The notes under the pieces are model-generated. The model was not told where the DNA came from and did not search any database. It was given only the letters and a program-made list of their open reading frames with translations. A stretch of 64,000 nt of DNA from Lama guanicoe. Its lineage: Eukaryota. Where the stretch lies: the NCBI GenBank assembly GCA_013239625.1, contig MU054323.1, positions 3,770,161-3,834,160 of the forward strand, written 5' to 3'. Shown one piece after another: positions 38,555 through 51,990 of the stretch (position 1 is the stretch's first letter; each line of letters begins with the position of its first letter). Position numbers and translations under genes: made by a program.

Positions 38555-39505
38555 CTAAGAAACAGATTTTACATTAACCGAAGCAATAAATTCACCTAAG
38601 ACAATGCACAGACTGAAAAAGAAACATCTATTTTTTTCTTATACTTTCCTCTACAAACGTAGTAATATTTATACATACAACTCAATTTTAATATCCTTTA
38701 TACCTTAAGTTTGGGAATGATCACTTAGAAAATTTCTGCTCTGGCTTTGTTCTCTAATTGTTTCAAATAAATTCTTCCTCCCTGTACCTCAACCTAATAA
38801 ATGGAACTACCAATCATAAACCAATACCCAAGTCCTAACACCAGGATTCATCCTCGGTTTCTCTCTGCCCTTCATATCCAACATCCGATTCACCAATAAA
38901 TCTTGTTAACTTTGCTTCAAAAATATATTCCATCTTTGTCCATTTCTCTCTGATAGTATTATCACTTCCCACTGGTCTACCCAGCCTCCTAACAGGTCTT
39001 CTATCTACTCTTGTCTTGTTGGAATCCATTCTTTAAGGTATCCAGAGAAATATCTCCAAAGCTCAAGTTGAATCATAGCAGTACCCTACTTAAACACCCT
39101 TCAGTGGCTTCCCATTGTCATCCAGATATATAAAATCATTAACACTGCCTGTAAGATCCTTTAAGATTTGCCTACAGTCAGTTACCAAGCTATATAAAAA
39201 CCAGTCAGTGTAAGAATCATTCACAAAGAGAACTTAAAGGAGTCTATAGTTTTCTGGTCACGTATCACAAGTACTTACATTGTAAAGAGATGTATAGTTT
39301 GATACTGTGGGGAAGAGAACACCAATTTACACATACAGATTTTTCTTGTGTATGTACAGAAGGTATTTTTGACATAGGTTTGCTATAAAAAAAACCAGAA
39401 TGAATAAATGATCTTTTTTCAAAAAAAGTCAATTTTTAATAGTCTCTTTAGAATTCTGATTGAAATTGCATCTCATTATCACATTAATTTAGAAAGACTT
39501 GATAT

Positions 39506-39985
39506 AACTTTTTTAACATTTTTTTTATTGAGTTATAGTCATTTTACAATGTTGTGTCAAATTCCAGTACAGAGCACAATTTTTCAGTTATACATGAACA
39601 TACATATATCCACTGTCACATTTTATTTTTCGCTGTGAGCTACTATAAGATCCTGTATATATTTCCCTGTGCTATACAGTATAATCTTGTTTATCTATTC
39701 TGCATATGCCTGTCAGTATCCACAAATTTTGAAATCCCAGTCTGTCCCTTCCCCCCCCCCCCCCCTTGGCAACCACAAGTTTCTATTCTATGTCTACGAG
39801 TCTGTTTCTGTTTTGTATTTATGTTCTTTCTTTCTTTCTTTTTTTTTAGATTTCACATATGAGCGATCTCATATGGTATTCTTCTTTCTCTTTCTGGCTT
39901 ACTTCACTTAGAATGACATTCTCCAGGAACATCCATGTTGCTGCAAATGGCGTTATGTTGTCGGTTTTTATGGCTGAATAGTATT
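39506..39985 (-). mobile_element. Young 5'-truncated L1 (lineage-specific 3' end) with 13-bp TSD
   Basis: Poly-T start, antisense 3' UTR shared with the copies at 44909, 53512 and 58864, and ORF2 tail. TSD aaagacttgatat at 39493-39505 and 39986-39998. Confidence 0.9.
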
Positions 39986-40237
39986 AAAGACTTGATATTT
40001 TTTATATTACTGAGTATAACCTTCTAGGAATATGTCATGTCTCATGTTCAAATGTTTTATGTTTCTCAGCAAAATTCTATAGTTTTCTTCACATGGCTAG
40101 AAAATGATAATAGTCAACATTTTAAAGTGCTATAACTTATTACATGCCAGGCAGTATGTACGTTTTTATATAACTCATTTAGTCCTCACATGAGGTAGTA
40201 CTATTCTTATTTTCATCTTAAAGGTGAAGAAACAGAG

Positions 40238-41430
40238 ATAGGGAGGTTAAAAAATTTGACCAAGGTGTTATTAGTGTTATCACACAGATAAGTGCTCAGT
40301 AAGTATCTGAAGACTGAGAGAAAAGAACATACAAATAAAAAAAAAAACCCTCAATAATACTGAATTTTAAAGAGAACATAAAATTACCTAGTCTAGGATC
40401 TTATGCATACCTTGTGTTACTCTTACAACAGCCCAGTAAAGTAGCTGATATCACTAGGGATAATGAATTGACAGCCACTGGCACCCAGTCTTGGCACATA
40501 ATAGATGCTAATAACTGGTATCCATTATTACTACAGTTATTATTATATTTTTCATTTTTAGTTTTCTCTAACTGAATAAATTTGATACATAACATTCTGT
40601 AAGTTTAAGGTTTAGAGACTGTTAAGCTGGTTTGACTTTGAAGAAAATCCAAAGATAACAACTACAAGATTAACACGTAGTAGTCGTAACGACAGGATAA
40701 ATGAAGCCAGGATGAATGAGCACTAGATAATGGAACTGCTATAAAACAATTTTTTTCTCCCTATCTCTGGGTTTAAGTCTGTGTTCTTTCCCTTAATGAC
40801 TATAAGATCTTAAGCAAATCCCCTTAAGCTTTCAATAGGGAGGTTAAAAAATTTGACCAAGGTGTTATTAGTGTTATCACACAGATAAGTGCTCAGTAAG
40901 TATCTGAAGACTGAGAGAAAAGAACATACAAATAAAAAAAAAAACCCTCAATAATACTGAATTTTAAAGAGAACATAAAATTACCTAGTCTAGGATCTTA
41001 TGCATACCTTGTGTTACTCTTACAACAGCCCAGTAAAGTAGCTGATATCACTAGGGATAATGAATTGACAGCCACTGGCACCCAGTCTTGGCACATAATA
41101 GATGCTAATAACTGGTATCCATTATTACTACAGTTATTATTATATTTTTCATTTTTAGTTTTCTCTAACTGAATAAATTTGATACATAACATTCTGTAAG
41201 TTTAAGGTTTAGAGACTGTTAAGCTGGTTTGACTTTGAAGAAAATCCAAAGATAACAACTACAAGATTAACACGTAGTAGTCGTAACGACAGGATAAATG
41301 AAGCCAGGATGAATGAGCACTAGATAATGGAACTGCTATAAAACAATTTTTTTCTCCCTATCTCTGGGTTTAAGTCTGTGTTCTTTCCCTTAATGACTAT
41401 AAGATCTTAAGCAAATCCCCTTAAGCTTTC
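40238..41430 (+). repeat. Tandem duplication: 596-bp unit at 40238-40833 and 40835-41430
   Basis: Identical ORFs at 40401-40595 and 40998-41192 (offset 597); sequence identical by eye, including the A11 run; single extra A at the junction (40834). Confidence 0.97.
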
Positions 41431-43048
41431 CGATTTACTATTTTATCACAATCAAGTAAATGATAATGCCAACTGTTCCATGCCCACTCATTCCATTCAG
41501 TACTACAGCTGCTTCTGTATATTCTTCCAGTTATCTTGTAATTTATATTCTAGGAGAATATATTGACATAACTAAATAGGTAAATAAAATAATGTGAGAG
41601 TGTGATAACTTCTATGAAGGACATAAATATGATCATATGATAGAGAAGGGACGAGAATAGGATGGCCTAAGAAAAACGCGTGAGGAGGTGGAATTTAGCT
41701 AAAACCCAAAAGAGAAGAAATTAATCATGTAAAGATTTGAGGGCAAACAACACTAGGACAGGAGAAGAACAGGTGCAAAGGCCCTCAAGCCATAAAGAGT
41801 TTGGCTCCTGAACAAACAGGAGAGTCAACAATGCCAATTAACGTGAAGGTCCAACTTCAAAACAGAGGTGGAAACTATAATGCAAAATGTTTAAATGTCA
41901 TTGCATACTTCACCATTTAAATGCTATGGCTTATGTTACACTTTATGAACTATGAACTCAACTTCCTGGTTAGGAAACCAGAGAGAAAATTAAAACGGTC
42001 TTGTTTACACAACTAAAATCATATATATATAAATAAAACTATCTATCTCCAGGTGTAAGGATGTTCGAAAACATCCCAATACAGAAATGCAAGTCAAACG
42101 TTTTCTCAAAGGATATCAAAATGTGCTATAAACACGTCTGAACATACATATGGTCAAATGCCTGAGCAACGTATGAGTCTGTGGTGATCATCTCTAGACC
42201 CCAACTGCCAATAAACTCTTAACTATTTAACATTGCAATTGTAGACTTATACCTTCTAGTTAACCTTGTAGGGGATAAAACCTTTCATGTGTCAAGTTAA
42301 TGTGACCCAACATCCTTCTAGAGAAGGCTGTCACATGGACAGGACTTTGGCCTTGTCCATGGAGCCTCGTCTGCTCCATTTCCACTCACTGTACTCACAA
42401 CACAAGACCCATCATGTGATTCCATTATCTCCATAGGACCACTGGGGAATTACATTGATTCAATATGTTCTAGAGTGAGTTTCCATATTACCTTCCTTTG
42501 CTCATTTCACTACTTAAAGAAAGTCCAAGGATGCTACTGACAGAAATTCTACAACAAAGGTTCACTGGAAAAGAAACTAAATTAAGAGTTCCTCAATCTG
42601 TGGATTCCAATAAATCATTCCTCATTATCATTACTAACTTAAAAGTGATTAACTAATTTTGCTAGTTGTATAAGCAAAGTCATTTAAAATGAAATGTTAT
42701 AGATAGAGGGGCTGGATACAAGGTCTATAGTGGCTTAACAATCCTTGAAATACTGTCATCCTAATTTTTCCCACAGTATAAATAGACTAGGCTCCCAAAT
42801 AAAACACAATTCTGAAATCCACAAACTACAGAGCAGCACCAGCCTATAACTTGCACAAACTCCAAGGAAAAGGGCCAACGGCAGCAAGGAGAATAGATGG
42901 GTAAATATTAAAAAACCCTAGGAAACGAAATGATCTGAAAATGTCAAAGCACTATAAAACAATGGGACTATAAAAAAACAAATGTTTTAAGCTTCCCTTT
43001 CTCTGCAGTGTCTTCAATGAATGTTCCCTCTATCTCTCCACATAGCTT

Positions 43049-43213
43049 TTAAAAAATTCTTTTAAAAATTTTCCTGAGTGGGGAGGCAATTAGATTTGTT
43101 TGTTTGTTTATTGATTCACTCATTCATTTTTTTTTTAATGGATGTACTGAGGATTGAACCCAGGACCTTGTGCATGCCAAGCACGCACTCTACCACTGAG
43201 CTATACCCTCTGC
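43049..43213 (-). mobile_element. tRNA-Ala-derived SINE (vic-1 type) with TSD
   Basis: Reverse complement gagggtatagctcagtggtagagtgcgtgcttggcatgcacaaggtcctgggttcaatcc. TSD ctctccacata(g/t)ctt starting at 43034 and 43214. Confidence 0.9.
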
Positions 43214-43688
43214 CTCTCCACATATCTTAAACCTGGCTCTCCCCTATGATGGACTCTCTTCCTTTCAAGCCCCTGCAGCAGAGATCTCGCTATTCTCTAA
43301 CACCTCATATACCTTGACAGCAAAGGCTTTTGCAACACACTATTCCTAGCACCTAATACAAACGAGTGAGTGAACGAACACCTCTGAGTGGGGAGATAGA
43401 GTGGACTGCTTGTTCCACTTACTAGTTCATCCTACTGTAACAACCTCTCCTCCTCTAAGACTGAAGCCATCTACTTCTATCAACTTTTTAGTCACTGTCA
43501 CACATTCCCTTAAAACCTTTACCCTTAAATGTCAGCTGCACTTGCCATTCCATAACTTGGGTGATTTCAAAATCTGGGTGAATTGACTGAGCCAACACCT
43601 TTGTCCTATAATTCACTATCTTGATCTGATTCAAAGAACTTCACATACATCCAATTTAAGCAACTAATTCCAATAGCCACACCATACA

Positions 43689-43850
43689 TCAGTGGTATGC
43701 ATATCAAAATTTCCTAGAGGGCTTCTTAAAATATAGATTGTTCCCCTTCTCCCCAGTTTCTGGTTCAGAAGGTCTGGGATGGGGCCCCAAACTTGCATTT
43801 AAGTTCTTATATGATACTGCTGGTCCTGACAGCAAACTTAAGAATCACAG
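43689..43850. mobile_element. MER5A-type MITE (degenerate)
   Basis: cagtggt..gcatatcaaaatttcctagagggcttcttaaaat..gatt...ggtctgggatggggccc...ttgcattt. Confidence 0.65.
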
Positions 43851-44717
43851 AAATGTGATTTTCATTATCCAGAAATGGTTCAAATTCAAGGCATCCTAAC
43901 TCTGATAGCCCTTCTCCAGTTCAACCTTCTGCCCTTTTAGACTTCACTCCCAATGTACCTGCTATTTGATCACAGCCCTGCTCAAAATCTATCTACTTGT
44001 TCTTGGTCAGTATTCCTTTCATCCTGCATATCTGCTATTTTCAGTGATGACCAATTTCCTCAAGGCCTCTATCCACCCTCTGTCATCCTTACTCTCCACA
44101 GATCACCTCAACTCTTAACTAACAGAGAAAACAGAGGTTAAGAGGCAGGAACTACTCTACTCCCCCTGACACACCTTCACGCTTCTCCATTTCAGTAACC
44201 AACTTTACCTCCTTCACTTCAGCCTCAGAAGGATATCCCTTCTCCAGTCCAAGATAATGTTTCTAATGACTTTCTTAACCCTACGCTCTACAATGGCCTC
44301 CAAATCCCTACTTCATCAAATAGCACTTGTCATGCCTATAATTTCAAACTCTCCCTCACGACTGGCAGAGCATATGTAGCTTTAATTTTAATAGCTGCGG
44401 ACAGGATGTTTTCCAAAAGACTGTTACATCGTGGCAGAACCCTAGAAGTTTATTTTCCAAAGAGGTTAAACTAGAGAGAGATTTTGGATCAGAAATCTTA
44501 GCCCAGTTGAGAACAGAAGCACTATACTGAAAAGAAACACTGAAACTCCAAGCTCCTTCCCTTGTTCAGCTCTGAACATTGGTAGATACCCTTCCACTCC
44601 TCAGACAGGACACTTAGAAGACTCCTTCCTGGGCAAACTGAACAATCCACTGAAAGCTAGAAATCTTCCAATGAAATGCTCGGTCCCTACACAATCACCC
44701 TAAGGTGAGGATTACTT

Positions 44718-44820
44718 AGGGTGACCAACCACCTTGTTCTGCCCATCCTGTTGTCATGGTTTTAGTACTGAAAGTCATGTGTCCTAGAAAACCCCTCAGA
44801 CTAGGATGGCTAGTCACCCT
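44718..44820. mobile_element. MER81-like hAT-Blackjack MITE
   Basis: Terminal inverted repeats tagggtgac ... gtcaccct with internal ggttttagtactgaaagtc and aaacccctcag. Confidence 0.75.
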
Positions 44821-44908
44821 CAGCATACCTGTAGACAAGCTCCACCCCCGAACACAAGCTTCCAATCAATTTTTTGTGTCTTCCTCTTAAAAATGAAAGG
44901 GTAGTCAG

Positions 44909-45130
44909 GGGGTGGGAAGGGACAGACTGGGATTTCAAAATGTAGAACAGATAAACAAGATTATATTGTATAGCACAAGGAAATATACACAAGATCTTAT
45001 GGTAGCTAACAGTGACGAAAAAATGTGACAATGAATATATACATGTTCATGTATAACTGAAAAATTGTGCTCTACACTGGAATTTGACATAACATTGTTA
45101 AATGACTATAACTCAATAAAAAATGTTAAA
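44909..45130 (+). mobile_element. Young 5'-truncated L1 3' end with perfect 20-bp TSD
   Basis: TSD aaaaatgaaagggtagtcag at 44889-44908 and 45131-45150, at a canonical TT/AAAA endonuclease site; aataaa and A tail. Confidence 0.92.
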
Positions 45131-46724
45131 AAAAATGAAAGGGTAGTCAGATTATCAAACATTTGAGGAAAAACAAAGACTAACACAAACAAACAGAAAA
45201 AGGAATGCAGTAAAAACTCTAACAATACAAGAAGCCCTTCTCTCCCCACCTCAAAAAGATGATAATGCACTCATGAAACAGGAGACTATAGAAAAAGTAA
45301 AGAGAAAACAGAGCTCTTAGAATCGAAGTTAAGTTTCTGGTTTAAAAGGGTCCACCAAAATCCAAAATATAATGTATGAAAAACATCCATACGAAAGTGC
45401 CTGATTGTAAAACTTCAGAATCTTAGAACAAAGAAATCTAACTTTTTTTTTTTAAGAGGAGAAAGCTTCACATATGAAAGATCAAAAATTAGAATAATGT
45501 CATGACTTTTCAAAAACAGCCTGAACCCTGGAAAACAATGAAAATGCTCTCCAACCTAGACGTCTAAGACGTTCTCTGACATGGTAGATCGTTAAAAGAT
45601 TACTTCCCATGCACCTCTTCTCAAGAAGCTACTAGAAGAGGTACTCCACCAAAAACAAGGGAACAAACCAAGAAAAGAAAACAGGGGATCTAGGGAACAG
45701 AGAATCCAACCCAGGAGAAAAGCGAAAGGAAGCCCCAGGACGGCCTGTGTAGCGGGCCCAGAGAGCAAGCAGTCCAGACCAGAGCTGAAGAACAGAGTTC
45801 TGGTGGGGTGGGGAGGAGAGCCAGAAACAGAAACACCAAAAACCTGATTACTCAAAAAACTGATTACTCAAAATTTTTTTCACTTCTAGAGAATAATTTT
45901 AGGATAAATAAGTGATTAAAACATAGGAAACTAAGCAAATAAAAGAGACAATCATCAACCCAGGGAAAACAAAAAAAAAAGTATAAAACAAATGTAATCA
46001 TCATATCCTATAGATTAAGCTATGCATGATATGATATGATATGATTACATAGCTACAATTTCATTTTTAATCTTTAAGGCTGATACATATATGTGTGTAT
46101 GTATATATATATGTGTATATATATATGTTTTTTTCAAGCGCACAATTTTTAAAAAGTGCTTTGAATATGTACAATCAAGTATTTACCCCTCACATTCTGT
46201 GGACACTGATCCAGCAAAAGCCACAAATGACCCAGATGCCAAATCCCAAAATAAATAAATGTTCTACCATAAACTTATCATCTGGAAATGAGATGGAAAA
46301 AAATTATTTAGAAAAATTTCACAAAATATTTGATAAAGTTCTAATTATTCTAAATATTTTTAAAGAAATTTTAAAAAGCAGAACACAAAACTATATGTAT
46401 GGTATATACTGTGATTTAAATAACATATATAACTTAATATATATAATATAAATGTATAGAAGAAAAACTAAAAGCCCAGCCTCCAAAGTATTAAGGGTTG
46501 CTTTTATCAATGGTTTAAGTGATTTTATTTCCTTCCATAAGATTTTGTGTGTATGTGTGTGAATGCTTTTTCTGTATTTTTTTAATTGAAGTATAGTCAA
46601 TTACAGTATGTCAATCTCTGATGTATAACACAGTGATTTTTTTATATTTACCAAATTCTCTCTAAATTCATAAATAGTTACAAGTATCTGTCCAAAGTGT
46701 CCTCATCCAGATTTTTAAACTTAC

Positions 46725-46878
46725 CAGTAATAATGAAAATAAGCAGCTTAGGCTTGTTGGCACTTTGATCATTAACAAGGTCAGTCCAGGGCCCACATTT
46801 TAGAACCTGGGTTTCAACTCCACAACATAAAATGTATTCCTCATGCACAGGAATTTCTTCCTTGATTTCTGAGTCCAT
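46725..46878 (-). CDS. LDAH: LDAH first coding exon (exon 2 spans 46725-46880; 154 coding nt): MDSEIKEEIPVHEEYILCCGVETQVLKCGPWTDLVNDQSANKPKLLIFIIT(G)
   Basis: Acceptor tttag|AAATGG; ATG at 46878; donor G|gtaag at 46725. Matches recalled human LDAH N terminus MDSELKEEIPVHEEFILCGGAETQVLKCGPW. Confidence 0.98.
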
Positions 46879-48111
46879 TTCTAAATCAGGGGAGAAAAAC
46901 AATATGAAGAGTCACTGAAACGTAAAACCTTGGGCCAAAGACAATATTCAAGAATAAAAAAGACAAAATTCAATACACTTAGAAGGAAATGCCACAAAGA
47001 GATATGGGAAATATATGACTATTCAGCTATTCTAGATTACAGGACTGCAAAAAAGAAAAAAAAAGAAAACCACAAGAGTAGGGAGAAACAGGGAGACACG
47101 TCTTCAGTGAAATTAAAGACTACAGAGGAGTGTGAATCAAAACAAGATTAACTTTTCCCACAACTCTCCTCTCCAGTCTAAGCTGACAGTGACCATGGCT
47201 AACTTCCCCCTTCCTTCTGCTGGAATTCTCTCATAGCTACATGCTCCACCAGTGAGCCAAGTCCCCTCACCTTCACCTGTAAAGACCAGTGAAAACATAC
47301 TGAGGCTAGGGCTGCTCTTGTACCTTCCCAGACAGAACTGTAAAGAGGGATGGTGAACTCCTTGATAAACTCTAAAAGCTTTTTCCTCTATTAATCCTCT
47401 CATCCCAAATTTTGTATTTTATGCAATATTAAAGCACTACATTATTAAATTACAAAATGGGCAGAGAGAAAAAATAGAATATGAAATAACATCAGGAACA
47501 ATTTCCTATAATAATCAAGATATGTGCAAAAATTCAGTCCTTTATATCACTCCTTCATCTCTGCCTCTGTCTTCTTTGTGTCTATCAACAGGACTACATC
47601 TCAAACTTACTGGTCTTCCTGTCCTCCTCTTCAACTATCCATCCTCCTTTCATTCAAAGCCCTCAAGAGCCCAGATTCTAAGTACCCTGAAAGCTTTTTC
47701 TCCTCTTATCACTTCACATGGAACTTGCACTCTAGTCTGTCTTGTCCCTGCACTTCTTCGGTGTCTTCAAGCTTTTCTGCTCCTATAACTTTGCTAATGT
47801 TTTACTCCCCCACTGCCCCCACTTCCGGAATGTTTTCCCCTTTGTGCCAGTTATCAATTTATTACCACCAAATTCATCCTTCAGTGCCTTCTGTGGAAAA
47901 ATTGATCCAGGCTTTTAAAAATATTTTTCCTCTGCCAACTGATATGTTAGCTTTGAAAAGTGTGCTGGAGGAGAGATACTACAGGAGGAAGGGCTTTCCC
48001 CCCCCCCTGGTTTCTATGTACTCTTTCAGCAGATTTTTGGAGCACTTGTCCCCACTGACAAAGTCCCCCTTCCTATCCTCCGCCATGCTCAGGCTGTGAG
48101 GTCTCTCTAGA

Positions 48112-48338
48112 GCAGTGACTTCCAACTGGAGACAATTTTGCCCCCAGAAGACACATGGCAATAAATATCTGAAGACAGTTTCCTTGTCACGATTTGGTGG
48201 TGGCAGTGGTGGGGTGTTACTACCACATCTAGTGAGTGGTGGCCAGGGATGCTGCTAAACATCCTACACTGCCCAGGACAGAACCCGCAACAAAGAGTTA
48301 CTGGCCAAAAAGGGCAATAGTGCCGAGGCTGGAAAAAA
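48112..48338. mobile_element. MER20 hAT-Charlie element
   Basis: cagtgacttccaactggagacaattttgccccc...ggccagggatgctgctaaacatcctaca...caatagtgccgaggctg. Confidence 0.85.
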
Positions 48339-49869
48339 ACCTTGAATAAAAAATTGACGATTAAAAAGTGGGGACTCCTTTCAAAATTATGTTCAAAATA
48401 TACTGATTGACTAAATAAATAAAAGTATCATCTCACTTTTTCTTGAGGGTTGATTTTTAGTTCACTAATAAATGTCACTGGGGCCCAGTCTCTAAAACTA
48501 TCACAAAACACAGTTTATTTATAAAGGTCTTATGACATTTGTAAAGTGTTAGAAACAACATTAGATTTAGCTGTTATACACAGTATTAGAGCAATGACAG
48601 AGAGGACATGGCCTAAATTTAAGACTTGCACCAGAAGAGAATTCACGGTTGTTAATTATATTCAACTCACAAATACTCAACTTCAAAGTAAATGACATCT
48701 TTGGAGTCTGACTAGTCACAAAGTTAATGGGAATTCAAGTAGACATGAAACCCAAAGAGCCTATAGAAATTGGAAAAGAAACAAAAAAGGAACTCTAAAA
48801 TGCTTCAAGTAAAATACAACTAAGAAACATGAAGTTACTGTGTTTATAAAATATCTTTTTATTTGACCTCCCTCTTATGTTTCTGAATCTCACATTGCCA
48901 AAAAGAAAAAAAAAGTAAAGAAAAACTTAAGTATAAGAATTCAAATTCTTCCTTACCTAAAAAATCCAACATTACTGAATGCTGCAAACAACTAGCATAT
49001 GAAGATGGGGTAGTGTATTCTAATATATATTATTAAAAGCTGATGGCCTCGCCTTCAGCCATCACCTACAAGCTATCTTTAATGATATCAGTTTTGATAA
49101 GCAGCAAGACTTAGGCTGGATAAAAACCAAGTGTACAGTGTAGATATAAATTGAAAGACTTAGGCAAGCCTTACTCATTTAAATGCAGGTATTCCCCTGC
49201 TTATATTAATGGATTTCTAACTAGATTTAGTAAAAGAGGTTTTTCCAATTAAATCTCATACAAACATACACAACACACAAAACAGAAAAGCTGCATTATT
49301 AGATCACTATAAATGAGCCTCTTACTCAGCTTTAGCATGCAAATAATGTATGTATTTTATTTTGGCTACTCAGTAAGAATTCTACTTTATCACCCATGTA
49401 AGAACTACAAATGATAAGTTTTTAAAAACTTGTGTTGCAATGTCCAGACAGTCTTCAAATAAACTATATTACGTTTGAAAGAGAGAAAATGATACTTGTC
49501 TTTCAAAGCACTAACAATACCTAAAAATAACTTGCATTATTTATCACATATATAAGGCAGACAAGAAGCTGCTGAAACTTCTTCAAATGACAAAAACTTT
49601 ATATATATTATAAAATGTAAATTGTGAGCTGTGTTACTGTCCTGCAGTTTACACAGAGCAGAGCATACACTTTCCACGTGTCTGTGCCTTGACTGGCAAT
49701 TAATTGGTGCTACTCCTGGGCACAGTACTAAATATACTTGTAAAATGTTTAGTGACCAGACAAGTGAAGATCCAGGCAAGGATCTCACTCTGCACAGCCC
49801 CTCCTCTCCCACTGACCTCAATAAAGCCTGTGCTATGGTTTTTTACTTTATTATTTCTTTTATTTCTCT

Positions 49870-50310
49870 TTATTATTAGTAATACTACTGTTTGCTTTTG
49901 CTGTGGTCACTGGTAGGTGTCATATGTTCACTGGGGATAAGAGTCCTCTGGAGGCATCCTTATTCACATGTCTGATGACTGATTCTGCCTTCAGATAGGT
50001 TGTTGGCCAGGAATATCTACCCATGTCCACTCTATATGGTCTCCACATGGACTATTCTGGGCTTGTTCACAGCATGAGGGCGGGTGTCAAGAGTAACTAT
50101 CTCAAGAGGACCAGAATAAAACTATACCACATTTTAAGACCCAGCCTCAGAAGTCACATAGCATTACTTTCAAGGTAGCCAAGCTAACCCGTATTCAAAG
50201 GGAGCAAAAATGGACCTCTCTAATAGGGTCAAAGTTATATTGTACAAAAAAGTACATGGAATGGGAGTTATGGTTGTGGCTAACTACTGGAAAACACAAT
50301 CTGTCAAAAG
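49870..50310 (-). mobile_element. Old MaLR LTR (MLT1-like)
   Basis: gggcttgttcacagcatg, acccagcctcagaagtcacatagcattactt, tattcaaaggga. Confidence 0.6.
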
Positions 50311-50650
50311 AGGTTAAAAAAAGATAAATTTTAATTCTGCAGAACCTTTCAAATTACACTGATAAGAATTTTTGAACCTTTAAGAGAAAGACAAAGTGTG
50401 TATATGTATCTATATATACATACACTTATATACACAACCTTTTAAAAACCATCTCATCAATGGTAATCCTATTAACTTCTCCCATTAATATCTTCTCTTC
50501 TTTCTCAGAACAGTTTGGGAAAGTATCATAGGCATAGGGAATCTGATAGTTTTTAAAGGGGGCAAGGATTTAATCAAAGTAGTGCTTTTAAGAAGACTGT
50601 GAAATACCCATTTTTGGTAAAAACTCTTATCAAGTGGGTATAGAGGAACT

Positions 50651-50701
50651 ATATCTCTATCTATCTATCTATCTATCTATCTGTCTATCTATCTATCTAT
50701 C
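50651..50701. repeat. (TATC)n microsatellite
   Basis: Direct read, about 11 units with one TGTC variant. Confidence 0.9.
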
Positions 50702-51769
50702 AATATAATAAAACTAGAAAAAACTATTAAAAAAAAAAAGAAGATCATGAAAAACAGAAAAAAACCCAAGACTATCCTTGAGTTTAGAAGCTATCAGAAC
50801 AACCTAAGCAAGAAAAGAAGGCAAGAGGGGGAAAGAAGGAATGAATGAGAGACAAGTTTGGTAATAATTCAGGATGGGAGGCCAGGATAAGGGAAGTGAC
50901 AAAGATGACTGGATTCTGATGCTAAACATGAGGGGAATGGAAATACTGCTCAGGAAAAGAGGGAACAATGAGGGGAGGGGAAGTTAGTTGGAGGAAAGAA
51001 AATTGGATTCAGTTACAAACATAGTTAAGTTTCAAGAAAATAAGTGACAAAGCCAGAAGACAGGTAAACTAAAGTTTAAAAGGCCACAGAACTAAAGTTC
51101 CAAAAAGGCCAAAGTAGAAATATGTTTTGTCTGTTTCTTCTTAAAGAGCTCCCTCGTCTTGGCTTCTGTGATATCTCTCAATACTCCTTAAGAACCTTTT
51201 CCTCCCCCACTCCCTGTACCTGAAGGTTCTGCCCCTGGCTCTCTTCTCTATGTGCTTTCCCTGAGGTTACATTCACACTGAGAATTAGCCATCTAGAAGA
51301 ACCCTTTTATAAATATCTATTTCTCCATTCCTCAACCTATTTCTCAAGTTCCTACCTATCCTATTTTCCAACTACTGAACATCTGTATCTGGGTGCCTCA
51401 TTGATGTATCAAACTTTATGTGTAAAAATCAAAATCACCTTGTTTCAAAAATAAATCCTACCAACCCTAAATCCTAACTTCTCTGTTCTCCATATAAATA
51501 ACCATCACTTTCCTGGTTACTAACTCAAGCTTCCTTGATAGCTCCTGTTGTACTCTGGGGGGAATATCCATACAGCAAGGTTTTTTTTTAAAGGCCACCA
51601 AAGAATAAAAAAGAAAAATTAGAAATGGGCACGAACTAAGATATGTAAAGTCATGTGAGCCAGAGGGGAATGTTTCAAGAAAGGCGCTGGTAATGAATTT
51701 TTAAAAATATATAAATGTTAAAGAGCAAGAGGACAGAGGCAATACTAAGAACTCACATTTTAAGTGTTC

Positions 51770-51990
51770 TTTCTATAAGCCAGGCACTGTGCTAAATGCT
51801 TTATAAATATTATATTATTTAATCCTTTACAACAATCCTATGAGATGAGTACAACTGTTTCCAACAAAACATGTGAGGAGAAAAATGATTGAAAGACACC
51901 AAGGAATTTGCCTAGGGTCACACAACTAGTAAGCTAGAATGTGGAAGAGCTAGAATTTGAACCCAGATGTCTGAATGACTCCAGAGCTCA
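51770..51990 (-). mobile_element. MIR SINE
   Basis: gccaggcactgtgctaaatgcttt...tttaatcctttacaacaatcctatgag...ggtcacacaactagtaag...atttgaacccag. Confidence 0.75.

Noticed and set aside
46879..46902. N-terminal extension MFFSPDLE of LDAH in the ORF track
   Set aside because: This is the polypyrimidine tract and acceptor of intron 1; the real start is the ATG at 46878.
47524..48099. 191-aa plus-strand ORF, the longest in the track
   Set aside because: Ser/Pro/Leu/Phe-rich translation of a pyrimidine-rich intronic tract, non-ATG start, no recognisable homology.
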